A DNA stretch of 64,000 bases from Squalus acanthias (lineage: Eukaryota). The stretch spans positions 14,386,001 through 14,450,000 of the forward strand of contig CM059433.1 of the NCBI GenBank assembly GCA_030390025.1, given 5' to 3'. A program made the position numbers and the translations under genes. Below the pieces are notes generated by a model, which ran no database searches, was not told the origin of the DNA, and saw nothing but the letters and a program-made list of their open reading frames with translations. This document shows, in pieces, positions 24,017-37,625 of the stretch; within the stretch, counting starts at the first letter, position 1, and each line of letters begins with the position of its first letter.

Positions 24017-24851
24017 GGGCTGGATTTTCTCAGCCTCGAGGAGGCGGGCATGGAGGCGGGACTGCCGGTAAAGTAGCAGAAAGTGGGGGCGGATGGCAAA
24101 AGCACCTCCATCCTGCCTCCATTCCCTTTTGCCAGATGTACTCGTTCGGGACCCATCTCCTGGAGTCGGGAAAGGGATTAAATCCTTTTAACTGCCTGTT
24201 AAGAGGGAGTTAACAGGCAGGAAAAAGGATTAGTGCCATTTTACCTTCTCAGGTGAAGGCTTCCCGACCTTGGAGAACCCCGCCGGGTTGGAGGAGATGT
24301 GAAGGAGGTCTGCGGCAGTCGGAGGCACCTGGAAGTAAGATGTAGAGCTGAGTGATGGATGCAAGTGTGGAGTGGTAAGTATGTAAGGTGAGTGATAAGT
24401 GTTAAAAAATATTCACTTACCTTGTTTTCTTCCTACAGCCTTCATCCTCTCTGGATCGGAAGACCCGACATCTTCCTTATCGATTTCACAGACTGGCTGT
24501 TGGATCCTCTGACCCAACAGCCATCTGAAATCGACAAAGTTGAAAGGTTTGATGAGTCCTGAACGCAAGGACTCATCAAACTACAGAGAATGTCAGTGTT
24601 TGACAGCTTCACAGAGCTGTCAAACGCTGACATTTCTTCTTTCAAGAAGTCTTGACAAATAGCACGTCAGACGTTGACGTGCTCTGTCAGTGACTTCCTC
24701 CCTAATTGGCCTGCTGAGCCCACAGGGCGGGCTTAACAAGGTCAATCAGGGGAAAATGCCTCTCTTTGGTCAGAAGATGATGGAGGCGGGACATTGACAC
24801 GACAAGCAGCAGTTCCGCCTCCAACTCGTCTCCATTGAGAAAATCCAGCCC
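24017..24851. mobile_element. Harbinger-type MITE (~830 bp)
   Basis: Perfect 15-bp TIR gggctggattttctc / gagaaaatccagccc; second copy at 54549-55377. Confidence 0.8.
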
Positions 24852-26264
24852 AAAGTGTGGAAGTTATGATGAACCTGCATAAAACACTGGTTCCCCAACT
24901 GGAGTACTGTGTCCAATTCTGGGCACCATACTTTAGGAAGGATGTGAAGGCCTTAGAGAAGGTGCAGAAAAGATTTACGAGGTTGATTCCAGGGATGAGG
25001 GACTTCAGTGATGTGGATAGACTGGAGAAGCTGGGGTTGTTCTCCTTGGAGCAGAGACGATTGAGAGGAAATTTAATAGAGGTGTTCAAAATCATGAGGG
25101 GTCTGGCCAGAGTAGATAGAGAGAAACTGTTCCCATTGGCAGAAGGGTCGAGAGCCAGAGGACACAGATTTAAGGTGATTGGCAAAAGAACCAAAGGCGA
25201 TATAAGAAAAAGCTATTTTACTCAGCGAGTGGTTAAGATCTGGAATGCACTACCTGAAAGGGTGGTGGAGGCAGACTCAATCACGGCTTTCAAAAGGGAG
25301 TTGGATAAGTATCTGAAGGAAAGAAATTTGTAGGGCTACGGGGAAAGGGCGGGGGAGTGGGACTAGCTGAAGTGCTCTTGCAGAGAGCCGGCATGGGCTC
25401 GACGGGCCGAATGGCTTTATTCCGTGCTGTAACCATTCTAATACACCGGCTGCAGAGGAATGAGGGACTTTAATTAAAAACATCCACTTACAAGGTGAAT
25501 TAAACTCAAGACATATTAACTTTGAATGGTATTACTGGATAAATAAGATATTACAGGCTGAAAACGTAGGCTGAGCAAACATACGCCACTGGGGGTTTGT
25601 ATAATGCTGAGGCAGGAATTCCAACCTGCAGCCCATGGGCTATAGGTGGCCTGCAAGATTTTGGCAGTCTGGCCTTGGAAAACCAGGCAACTCGGTCTAT
25701 TTGCATTTATTTTTCTTATTTGAACTTTGCGCATCTGGAGCTTAGGAAAGGACATTGTTTTTCAGCATTGTTGCCTCATGGTAAATAAATCCTAAGCCAA
25801 GATCTGTTAACATCAGCAACTTGAAATAAATCCCCCAAAATGGGAGCATGGATTTAAACTTTAGATGTGAGCCTCAAGGCACCTATGTAGCCTGTGAAGA
25901 CAAAAAGGCTTGATCACCCTAGGGCAAGTGATTTGATATCGGTCCGATCCTTTCAGAAAGTGTCAATTCTAGGACGATTCATTCCAATTTGTAGTACTTG
26001 AACAGCAAATCACACTGCACTGTGAAGGAATAAGCAATATACCTATTCAGAAAAATACACCATCCTATGAAAGAATTTTGACTTTATTAAAACATGACAA
26101 ATTGGGCTTGAAAATCTGGAAGCCTCAACAATCTAAAGCTGTGAATAGCATACAGGTTGTTGAGATAAGATAAGTTGTTGACACTGAATCAATAGCCTTA
26201 ATGAAACAGAAGGTTAGAGGTTCCTGGAAGTCTGAAGCCTTGGAAAGAACATAATGGTATACCC

Positions 26265-27074
26265 TGTTATGGTGTCTTAAACCAACACTTTGGAAAGAAT
26301 CACAGAAAATTAAAGAAACACATGCCTTCGTAAAAATGACATCAAATGAAACACGGAGACAAGAATCTGTGTTACAACCAGTTGAGGTAACTAAGAAGAC
26401 AATGGTGCAACCGGTTGAGGTGTTCTAAATGTAAAAGATACAAACAGAAGACCTTGGTAAGAATGGCATCAAGTGGGGGAGGCACCACCTGTCACATTGT
26501 TTTTGTGTTGAACTTGAAACACCTAAAGGAGAGACATGAGTCTGCTTGCTACCAGCTGAACTGACTGTAAGAATAGAAGGGGTCAACAGAAAAATGACTA
26601 GAGATAACTAGCTTACATCAGCAGAAAACTTCAAAGGAAATACCACTGAGAAAGGGTATAAAAATTGGACTTTCAAATGGGATGATAGATTTGCTGTCAA
26701 GGGGCAAAGCGATTCTCGGCTTCAGAGGCAAGCTCTGTAAGTCTTCAACTCTTTGTATCTCGGGGATCAAGGTACTTGTATTTGATTTTGGTGGATATCC
26801 TGGAATAAGACTAAGAAATGTAAGAATGTAACGAAGTTAAGATTTGAGAATAAGGATCTCTGATAATAAGATTGTAAAAGCTTACTCTTTTTGGAATTGT
26901 TAAAGTTCCGATTGAAACACCAACTGTAATTACATGTCGGTTCTTTAATAAATCTATATATTTTTGGAATTGTCTCACATAGTACTTCTGTATCAAACTC
27001 GCAAACTCAATCTCTGTACACTCTTTGGTGAGGAGTTGCAGAATTCTGGGGGAGTTTTCCGGACCCTCATAATA
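26265..27074 (+). mobile_element. Probable old solo LTR
   Basis: Begins tgttatg and ends cataata; TATA-like gggtataaaa at ~26654; AATAAA at ~26946; TSD not clear. Confidence 0.4.
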
Positions 27075-27982
27075 TCCGGAACGTTACAGTCTAGCTAAAC
27101 CTGATCTGGGGTAGCCCTAAAGGGGCTAGAACTAGTAATAATCCCTTCAGCACGAGGTAGGTGTAAATATTAACAAGATTTTGCATGGAATGTTTTGCTA
27201 TATCAAATCACTTGCTCAAATAATATCACAACAGTGGCAAAGTAATTCTGGCCACTCAGTCTAAAGCTGTAGTACTACATGCGAATGAAAGAATGCGAGC
27301 ATGTCTGAGGTACACAGGACAGCAAAGGTATATCTCGGACCGACTCTCACTATCTCTCTCAGTCATTCCAGATTTAATTCCATTCCAGGGTTAATTTTGA
27401 CATTGGGCAATACTATTTGAGCCGCCCGTTACATACCTTTCCCACTTTTCATTTCAGGAGAGATGTATCAGGCAGCTGATCCGATAACGCCCGTTTTACA
27501 CTATTGTCAAAATTACTCCCGAGCTGTCCAGGAAAAAGCAAAATGACAGGCAATATGTGGAAAAAATGTGCGAGTGAATGAAAATATTCAGGTGAAGAGG
27601 TGGCAAGTGAAACGTTCGATTTAAAATTTGGCATGGCTTGTTTATCTTCTATGCTCTTATGTGGTTGGGGGCAATCCATCTCATTCATTTTTGTGCAGCA
27701 GAGCTAACACTAAAACAAGAATAACACAGAAAGAGTTAATTTAAAGGAGGGCAATCCTGGAAGAACTATGCCATCATTTGTGTAAGGAGGTGTGGCCAAC
27801 TTTAATAGTCCTGAATTTAGTCATGGGGGTAGAGTTTCTGCTCCTTCACGTCAGTTATATCAGCGGAATCCAGGCGGAATCCACTGAACCAGCGCAAAAG
27901 ATCGGGGAATTTCAAACACAAGTGAGTTAGGCCCAAAACCATTCATGCTTAAGTATCCACAATCACCGAGAGCAGCGGCGAG

Positions 27983-28343
27983 AGCGGAGCCAGTGGGGGC
28001 GGAGCGGAGCCGGTGAGGGACGGAGCGGAGCCGGTGAGGGACGGAGCGGAGCCGGTGAGGGCGGAGCGGAGCCGGTGAGGGACGGAGCGGAGCCGGTGAG
28101 GGTTCCGGAGTGGAGCCGGTGAGGGACGGAGCAGATCCGGTCAGGGACGGAGCGGACCTGGTCGGGGATGGAGTGGAGCCGGTGAGGGACGGAGTGGAGC
28201 CGGTGAGGGACGGAGTGGAGCCGGTGAGGGACGGAGTGGAGCCGGTGAGGGACGGAGTGGAGCCGGTGAGGGACGGAGTGGAGCCGGTGAGGGACGGAGT
28301 GGAGCCGGTGAGGGACGGAGTGGAGCCGGTGAGGGACGGAGCC
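27983..28343 (+). repeat. GC-rich 21-bp minisatellite (ggagccggtgagggacggagt)n, ~17 units
   Basis: Direct tandem repeats immediately upstream of a CR1 5' UTR/ORF1. Confidence 0.95.
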
Positions 28344-28600
28344 AGGGGAATAAAGAGCGGAGGAGAGAGAGCAAAACACAAATCAAGGAGTGACATCACA
28401 GGGCAGCAGGTAGGTGATTGGTTGGTGAGTATTAGTTTTTTTTTAGTCTCTAAGCTAGCTAAGAAACTGTAAATTGCTATAACTTTACTTAATAAGTTAG
28501 TAACTAAAACTAGATAAACCAATTAAGTATTAAAACTAAAATAATTGATAAAAAAAATAATTAATTAACGAATCAAATAAATAAAGAAGGTTAGACAGAC

Positions 28601-28787
28601 ATGGCAGGGCAGGTGGTGTGCCGTAACTGCAGCATGTGGGAGTTTCTGGAGATCAGCAAGATCCCGAGCAACCACATCTGCAGTAAGTGTCTGCAGCTCG
28701 AGGAAATTCGGCTCAGAGTTGTTGAGCTGGTGTACGAGGTGCAGACATTGCGGGGCATCAGGGAGGGGAGAGTTACCTGGACACTTT
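28601..28787 (+). pseudogene. CR1 ORF1 N-terminus (zinc finger/leucine zipper), truncated by a Harbinger insertion
   Basis: MAGQVVCRNCSMWE...HICSKCLQLEEIRLRVVELVYEVQTLR (CxxC...CxxC + heptad repeat). Confidence 0.8.
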
Positions 28788-30260
28788 GGCCGGAATTTTG
28801 CCGGCGCTCAGGGGGTGGGTTCGGGGGCGGGTCGGGATCCCGCTCTGAACCCGCCTCCGTGTCAGTTTCCCAAGTGTGGGGTCTGCCTGCTCTTTACAGA
28901 CCTGGCACTAAGCGGCGGGTCAGCCAATTGAGATAGTTAAGAGGGTCTTTAAAGGTAGTTGAACAGCATTTTACCAACTTCTAGACATTTTTTCAACTTT
29001 TCCACGAGGTTCCTGTCACTCGAGGATCATGTCAGGTAAGTGTGTCGGGTTCTCTATGGCTCTCCATTGCTGTGACTAGGTGACAGCTGCAAAAGTGGCG
29101 TAAAAGCTACCATTTCACAGCTGTTCCATTCCCAATCTTAGTAACTGGAGCCTTCAGGATTTGGAAGACACTTTTGAGCTGTATGCAGTTTGGAAGTGTT
29201 TGGAGTAAACTCTCTATCCACTGTCACCTCCTTGGAGCAAGCTCTCTCACCACTGACAGATCGCTTCTGTCATCTCAACTTCAACTGCCATCTATTTCAT
29301 CCGCATCGGTGCCCTTGAAAAAATCTCACCTTGGTCCTCGGAATCCCACCACGATCAGCCCCAACAGCAGCAGCACCAGGCACACCAACAGCACCAACAA
29401 CAGCACCAAACCTCTCCACAATCACCTGAAGCTGCACAGGACGCAGGGCATCAGCACCCGACCACACTGCTGCCCGGGACGCCAGCGATGGCCTCACCAT
29501 GGCCAGATTTACTTCACTTGACGCTGTACGCCCTGGCTGCCATATGATGTGCCAGGTTGACACCACCCCACACCTGCACCATAAAGCGTCCCTACAATGT
29601 CCAAGCCATTCCTTTCACACTCATCACAATTGGGGGGGGGGGGGGCGGTGAAGTTATGTCTCAACATTCACTGGAACTCACTAAGCTACTTCCAAAGGTG
29701 CACAGAAATCTGTCCAAGAACGCAAAGTGTTGAAAATAAAGATTTCAATGTTTGACAGCACATTACCAGAAACTTCACATGAACATTGGCTAAAACATTC
29801 AAGTGCCTACCCTTGTGTGTTGTTAGTTGGTATGATTGGATTAGGATGAGGGTGAGTGTGAGGAGTTGCTAGTGAGATGGGGAAGTGATAATGTAGATAG
29901 AGAGGGATGGGTGGAGGTGCAAGGTAAGTTGGTGTGAGTAAGGATGTGCAGGTGTAGGGTAGGGAAGGCAGAGTGATGGGGATGTGATGAGTGGCACAGC
30001 AGGATGAGGTTGAGTGTGGCTTTGCAGTAACGTTTCATGATCTACTGAGATCATTGAAAGATTTGCGCCACTGCAGCCTGGTCCTCCTGATGACATCCCT
30101 GCTTGTGTCCTCCTGTGCAAGGTGCAACCAGGCTGTGTTCATCTCCTGGGGAGGTGTCTTCCGCCCATTGGAAGGGAAGAGAACCTCCCTGTGTGCTGTG
30201 ACTCCCCCCATAAGCATATGGAGGTAGTCATGGGAGAGCCTGGGTGTAGCCGTGTACCTC
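28788..30260. mobile_element. PIF/Harbinger deletion derivative with Myb/SANT remnant on minus strand
   Basis: Left TIR ggccggaattttgcc; 30035-30217(-) REVLFPSNGRK..AWLHLAQE..RRTRLQWRKSFNDL; Q/H-rich segment at ~29350-29480(+). Confidence 0.65.
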
Positions 30261-30274
30261 TGTGTAGTGCCCTT

Positions 30275-30662
30275 ACTACCCTCAGTGCTTCCTCCAAATG
30301 GAGGAGTTCTGATTGATCAGCTAATGGAGGGTGGTAGGAGATAATGAGTAGGAGGTTTCCTGGCCCATGCTGGACCTGATGCCATGAGACTTCATGTGGT
30401 CCAGAGTCCATGTTGAGGACTCTCAGGGCTACTCCCCCGCGACTGTATAACACTGTGCCGCCACCTCTGGTGGGTCTCTCCTGCTGGTAGAACAGGACAT
30501 ACCCAGGGATGGTGATGGAGAAGTCTGGGACATTGGCTGAAATGTATGATTCTGTGAGTCTGACTATGTCAGGCTGTTGCTTGACTAGTCTGTGGGACAG
30601 CTCTCCCAATTTTGGCACAAGTCCCCAGATGTTAGTGAGGAGGACTTTGCGGGGTCAACTGG
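30275..30662 (-). mobile_element. LINE APE endonuclease fragment (CR1/L2-group)
   Basis: PDIVRLTESYI...IPGY...RPTRGGGT...YHPP. Confidence 0.8.
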
Positions 30663-33600
30663 GTCCCTCGAGCCTGCTCCGTCAGTCAATAATATCATGG
30701 CTGATCTTTGACCTCAAAAATGTGACCGTCTTTAGTGCCATTATTTTTCTAATACTCTTTTCTTGTTTACGTTAACTTTAATGAGTTTCAGTCATTATTA
30801 ATTATTCATTTTTAATTTCCCTGGAATGCCAGGTTATTATCCACTTCCTCTACTGTGAAGACTGACACAAAGTAATTATTCAACACGTCTGCCATTTCCT
30901 TATTTTCTTTGGCAATATGACCCGTATCTGTCTTCAAAGGACCCACATTACCCTTGACTACCCTTTTTCTTCTCACATAATTGTCACAACTTTTTGTGTT
31001 AATCTTAATATCCCTCGCAAGTTTTTTCGTATTCCTTTTCTGTAGCTCGTAATATCTTTTTCCTCTTCCTTTGCTGTTCTTTATATCTCACTCCTGCAGT
31101 AACTACTTTAGTTATTTTAGGAATCCCTTCACCTGGAGCATCTATATCACTGTTTGTGACCTGAACTCTGCTCTTAATGATTCAGTATACATTTTTAAGT
31201 CATTTTCAGTGATTTTAAGGCAGGTTACTCACAGGTGGAGTACGGGACACTCTTATTAAAAATGCTTATTTTTTGTGATATACCTATTTTCAGCTGTATT
31301 AATAAAAGTGGATCAGGTTAACACTCTTAAATACATCAATAAATACTCTTTAATATTCTATTACGCTGCCCAGTTGCGCTGGTTCATTGAAGTTTTATAT
31401 TTGTTTTTATTGGAAATTTGAACTATAACCTAATCAATTCCCTGATTGTGCCCAAAGCAGAATCTCTACCCCATGATATCTAAGCAGAAGCTATTAGATA
31501 TGTCAAACACTATTGAACAGAGAGAGGTTAGGTGACGAAGAAACAATGCAACTTAGTTAAAAATTTTTAAGCATTGCATTTTGCTCATCACCATAAAACA
31601 ATCCAACCTCCAGTCAAATGGAACAGTTTGCTTCTTTGATAATTATAAGTAAGGCTGCTCAATCTAGTTCTGAAATGTATTATCATTTTGTTCAAAATGT
31701 TGGTTTTCTGACACATTCTGCTGTAATTCCAGTAGGGGTACAGCAGATGACCCGGGAAATAGGGTCCCGGTGTGGGTAGTTTCTGGAGGGCCTTGTCTGA
31801 GAAGCAACCTCTGCCCAACCCAAACATGGTCAGAGGAGTCAGGACTCCTTATGCTGAGAGTTCATTTCCCCAGCCATAGTGGGACCCAGCAAAAGTTTGG
31901 AGGTCAAAACAGTTCACTGAGTTGTACCAGCTTCCTGAAGGTCAGGGAGGAATACTGGTTTCAAATTGACTAAAGCAGGCCCCGATACATGATGTCACAG
32001 GGGCCAGACTCCACTGCTTTCTGGTAGGGATACCCAGCCCCGATTCCTCTGTGTTTCTGGGGTCTTCAGCTAGAGGGTTGCTGGGGGGAGCAAGAAGGCC
32101 TGCATGTGGAGGCCCCTCCCTCTGATCCAGTGAATGGCAGCAGGGTGAATATTGGAGTTCCACAGTGGGTATGATCTCAATGCAATTGCTGGGATTATGC
32201 CCCCGCCCCTCCTGCCATTAAAGTCTATGTTCTAGTCATGCAGGATGCATGGATGGAATCGTAAAGCAGATTATGTCGTATCTGTTTGCCGTTACATATT
32301 TTTTTCCGGACAGTCTGTTTATTTACTCATCTTAGTATGGCCTAAAATTGATCAAACGTTTTCCTGTGGCAAATAAAAATGGCTGTTGTTAAAAGCGACT
32401 GACCACTGTGCCTAATTGAGTTTGAGAAAGACAGAGAGATATTGAGGTGCTGATATCGAAAAAGTGAGAAATTGAATACGGCAATGCAGCAAAGCATATT
32501 GATTGGAACCAATTAGGTTTATAATGTAATGACAAAGTCTCTTCCCGCTTGACAAATGGCAGAAGTGGCAAACAAATCAAAAATTTGCCACTTAAAGATA
32601 AAGAACTGAACAATGTGGAAAGAGGTATGGATGTTCCGAAAGAAGTGAAGAACTAAGGGAAATAAGGAACTAGAGACAGAGAGATACCTCTCAGGACTTG
32701 CTTATCTTCCTGCGTATATTCTCCTCCTGTTTAAACCAGGAGTCATTGCACCATCTCCTACTTTAACAATTCTTCCACAGGATCTCAGGCTTCCATCCGT
32801 CTAGAATTTACCAGCTTATAACACCTGACCTTGGCATCACTTAATCACAACTTGTCTTGATTCACCATCTCTTTGTTTTCACATGCTTCATCTGCTGCGG
32901 CTTCTCAATTTAACCTACACCACTAGGATGCTATATAAATGCAAGCTTTTTCTTTCTTTTCTTCCAACCATCCCATTCACCTTTTGCTTCTGACTGAAAT
33001 TTAAGTTTCACCTCTTCATATTTCCCCTTCTAAATCCCCCCTTAAATGTTCTTCTCCAGGTTTCAGTCCAGAAGGGCAGTATGTGCTTGCATTCATTCTG
33101 ATGATGTTGCTGCTCACCTCAGCTCCTTTGAATAATATGATTTTCATTTCCTGTAGCTTAAAATATCTTCGCCCTCGCCATGCAAAATTAATCTACTATC
33201 TTTACCACTCTCCTCACCTTGAAGTCTCTGAACTTCTTATAAAGCAAACTCAAAAGGATTAAGTTCCCTCTTTGCTGAAAACATCATTCTTGACAACTCC
33301 ATTGTTCCACTTCTCTTCTACAATGAGGTCAGCACAGCTGCTGAATACTTTGTTACTCTGAATGGCCTCAGCTAATGCTGCTGCCACATTGCTGCATTCA
33401 AGCCAGCAGTTACACGTAAGTGTCTGTGGACTGCATGCTAGTATGGGGGTAAAACTCAATCAGGACGGGGGCACAAAACGGGTGGTAGCGGATCGGGTGC
33501 CTATTATACCCCCACTCCATACAAAATAATGAACACCTAAGCTTCCCTATACCAGTGGGTCATCTATCTTGACTTAAATAAAATGTGCACCTGGGTGTAA

Positions 33601-34726
33601 AACGGGTGCAATGAGGGCTAATTTTGGGGACTGATGTCCCGCACCCAAAGGATGCCTGAAAGGTGTCCGAACTGATTTTGGGTCGGACCACTTTTCAGGC
33701 GTGCGTGGGGGCCGCTTGAGGTAATGCTGTTGGCGTGAGAACAAGCTGTAACCAATTTCTATTCCGCTGACCATTTCATTACTCTCTTACATCCTAACCT
33801 CTGAGTGAGGATGCAAGGTAGCTCTCGCATCCTTCTATTTCAGAATCTGGCTGTCAGTGTGTGTTCCTCACCCTATTAGTAAATCTTTTTATTCACAGCC
33901 AAAGATGTGGGCAAATACCAGACAACCCCGGCTAAAGTCCGGGACCAGGGATTTCCCAATACAATGGGTGTGAGGTGTTTATAGCAGGGACCAACTACTG
34001 CATTACTTAGTGTCTTTTGGGTTCATGGGGCTCACCAGTGCCCTTCTGGAGGCCAGTACGACTTCCCAAAACAGGCTGGGACCATTTTCCGAGCTGCCAT
34101 CTCTCCTCCTTTAAGACATTCCTTAAAACCTGCCTCATTGACTAAGCTTTTGATCACCTGTCCTAGTATCTGCTCAGGTGGCTCGGTACCAAATGTTGTC
34201 TGATAACGCTCCTGTGAGGCACATCGGGATGTTTTACTACATTAAAGGCGCAATATAAATGCAAGTTGTTGATCTGCTGGACTCCCACTAGTACTACAGC
34301 GGGAGTCCAGGGATAACCGAGGAAATCTGGGCCCCGACTGTTTAAAATTGCAGTTCTGAAAATTTACTTAATCAATTCCTACTTATTCCATTTTTAAAAT
34401 CCCTTGTTTTGCTTTTATTTTGCTCTTTTAGTTACTCACTTGGTTTTATAAGCTCTTGTTTCCCATTTCTTTGAGTAGGCCGAGGGGCTGCTAAACCTTT
34501 CTTATTGGTTTGTACCTTGTTAGCTTTTCAACTGCTCTTTAAATTTTGCATCTTAAGGTGCAATCCATTTTCTACCTTATTCTACTTCTGAACTCTCTCT
34601 TTTAATTTCTATGATTGTGCGATAGTTTGTGACCAGTCAAACTGGCCAAACTCTACTCTGCTTCACATTGGAACTGATAGATTCTGAACTAGGGCATATT
34701 CGCATGTGTGAAAAAGAACGTTTGAA

Positions 34727-35043
34727 AGAAAGACTTGCATTTATATAGCGCCTTTCATGACCTCAGACGTCCCAAATCGCATTATTGCCAATGAAATACG
34801 TTTTTTTGAAGCGTAGTCACTGTTGTAATGTCGGAAATGTGGCAGCCAATTTGCGCACAGCAAGCTCCCACATACAGCAATGTGATAATGACCAGATAAT
34901 CTGTTTCAGTGATGTAGATTGAGGGATAAATATTGGCCAAGACACCGGGGATAACTCACCCGCTCTTCTTCGAAATAGGGATCTTTTACGTCCACCTGAG
35001 AGAGCAAACGGGGCCTCGGTTTAACATCTCATCCGAAAGACGG
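34727..35043 (-). mobile_element. Deu-domain SINE
   Basis: Reverse complement of the Deu core and tail. Confidence 0.8.
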
Positions 35044-35057
35044 ATATCATTTAGCCA

Positions 35058-35182
35058 ATAGCAAAGTACTGCGGATGCTGGCAATCTGAAATAACAACAG
35101 AAAATCCTGGAAACACTCAGCAGGCCAGGCAGCATCCGTGGAGAGAGAAACAGAGTTAACGTTTCAGGTCTGTGACCCTTCG
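35058..35182 (-). mobile_element. Penelope family B 3' end, truncated inside the HHR core
   Basis: 11-bp TSD tcatttagcca (35047-35057, 35183-35193). Confidence 0.85.
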
Positions 35183-36570
35183 TCATTTAGCCATGCCAGT
35201 CCAAAAAAAAGACAAGTCAACTAAAATATAAAACATTCCCTTGGCACTGTGGTTCTGTAAAATCTCTTATTATTGTGCTCTAGTCTCTGGTTTTAAATTT
35301 TCTCAGTGTTTGCACATTAAAATGCTTGCACCCGAGTCATGACATTCTTCCCCACTCGCTCAGGCCGATGCTACTGTGCTGTGCTCACTAGACCGTACTG
35401 GTAATTTTTCACACTACTGAACATCAGCAGTAACAAATAGAGACAACAGGACCATTTGTTCAGCTGCAGTATGTAAAGCTCTTGATGGGTTTGTTCGAGT
35501 AAAAATTAGATGAATTTTCTTGGGCATTATTCTTCTACCAGTTTTTGTGTTGAGTGGTTAGCTCCCAAGTAAGAAAATTAGGGCTGAAATTCTGCCGTGG
35601 ATGGTGTGAGGGCATTGTGCCCGCTGTTGCCAGCATAAAGATGATTAACGAGCATTGTTGGAACATGGAATGCCTTACCACAGGATGTATCTGAGGCCAT
35701 TGCATCTTTAAGGGAAGAGTAGATAAATCTTTGAAGTAGAGGAAGATAGAGGCCTACGAGCGAGAGTAGGGTAATGGGTTTAGTTTTGGATTGGACGCGC
35801 AAAGAGCTGGCATAGACGTGATGGGCCAAATGTCCTTCTGTGCTGTAAATGTCTGTGGTAATATTCCCCCTGGTTTTCTGCTCTCCCCTTATTTAAATAG
35901 CGCTAATGCGTCCCCCAGCATTATTTGTGTCATGTGCTGAGAGCGCAAAGCCAGGAATTTCCTGGGCACCTGAACTGGCTGTTCGTGGCAAATTTTGAAA
36001 TTGGGCATTTTCTTCTGTGCTTGTGCTGAGATTAGTCAGGAGACTTTTAGTGTCATGGGGACAGGGAGGATAAACAAAGTGCTTTGAATAGTGCGGTCCA
36101 CCAATAAAGTTGAAACCAAACAAAAGGGAACAAATGAACATCCAACTGAAAGACACAAACAATGGTGCAATGCCAAGGAACCAAAAATGACAAAAGTCAA
36201 GGGCATTGTTTTAACTTTTGGCGATAGTGTAAAGTGGATGATATTGATTTAGATGCATGTTATACATCTCTCCCAATTTTCATTTCTATTGAAGTCAATG
36301 GAATTGAACATCCAGAGAGATGTGTAACGTGTGGCTGATCCGATATCGCCCATTTTACACTATTGGCCAAAGTCAAAGATGCCCCCCAGGACTAATCTCA
36401 CCAAAAGGTCAGTCCAGAGAGTTTTACAACTACTTCCGGTGTCTGTCCAGCCATATGAGTGTGCTTTGCTCCAGCTTTTAAAGGCACAGAGCATGGCCGT
36501 GCGTCAAGTCAGAGCTCCCAGCATAACAGGGACACCTGATGCACCCACAAATGAATACTGTAATGAGGCT

Positions 36571-37625
36571 CATAAGAACATAAGCACATAAGAAATAGGA
36601 GCAGGAGTAGGCCATTCAGCCCTTCGAGTCTGCTCCGCCATTCAATGAGATCATGGCTGATCTTCTGCCTCAACTCCATTCGCCGGCCCTATCGCCATAT
36701 CCCTTGATGTGCTTACTAGTCAGAAATCTATCGACTTCTGTTTTGAATATACCCAATGACTGAGCCTCCACAGCCCTCTGGGGTAGAGAATTCCAAATAT
36801 TCACCACCCTCTGTGTGAAGAAATTTCTTCTCATCTCAGTCCTGAATGGCCTACCCTTTATCCTGAGGCTGTGGCCCCTGGTTCTAGACTCCCCAGCCAA
36901 GGGAAACATTCTCCCAGCATCCACCCTATCAAGCCCTGTAATAATTTTGTATGCTTCAATGAGATCCCCTCTCATTCTTCTGAATTCAAGAGAATACAGG
37001 CCTAGTTTACTCAAACTCTTCTCATACGACAGTCCCGCCATCCCAGGAATCAATCTCGTGAACCTTCGTTGCACTCCCTCTATGGCAAGTATATCTTTCC
37101 TTAGGTAAACATAGAAACATAGAAACATAGAATCTAGGAGCAGGAGTAGGCCATTCGGCCCGTCGAGCCTGCTCCACCATTCAATACGATCATGGCTGAT
37201 CATCCAAGTCCAGTACCCTGTCGCTGCTTTAATCCCCACAGTACACATATCCCACCCTACCCCCGTAATCCCACGTATTTAATTCCCCCTAACATATCCT
37301 ATCCCCACATATTTAACCCCCCCCTAACAATAAGGGTCAATTTATCATAGCCAAATCAACCTAACCCGCACATTTTTGGACTGTGGGAGGAAACCGGAGC
37401 ACCCGGAGAAAACCCACGCAGACACGGGGAGAATGTGCAAACTCCACACAGACAGTCACCCGAGGTCAGATTCGAACCCGGGGCCCTGGCGCTGTGAGGC
37501 ACCAGTGCTAACCACTATGCCACCGTGTTGCCCGACCAAAATTGTACACAGTACTCCAGGTGTGGTCTCACCAAGGCCCTATATAATTGGAGTAAGACTT
37601 CTTTACTCCTGTACTCAAATCTTTA
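36571..37625 (-). mobile_element. CR1 3' portion with a nested CR1-tail + HE1 SINE composite (37110-37533)
   Basis: YLRKDILAIEGVQRRFTRLIPG...; CR1 resumes at 37534 (gaccaaaattgtacacagtactcc). Confidence 0.88.
37245..37533 (-). mobile_element. HE1-type V-SINE
   Basis: Near-identical body to 9499-9750. Confidence 0.85.

Larger units (their letters stand above)
23436..25440 (+). mobile_element. CR1 3' portion hosting a Penelope hairpin and a MITE
   Basis: [33 protein letters not shown]...; 3' UTR gggccgaatgg. Confidence 0.9.

Noticed and set aside
27983..28343. CRISPR-like array, or repetitive proteins (ORFs 27860-28522 etc.)
   Set aside because: Head-to-tail repeats with no unique spacers, no cas genes and a vertebrate context; the ORFs are artefacts of a stop-free 21-mer.
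33259..33459. Host coding exon
   Set aside because: No recognisable domain and no consistent splice pair.
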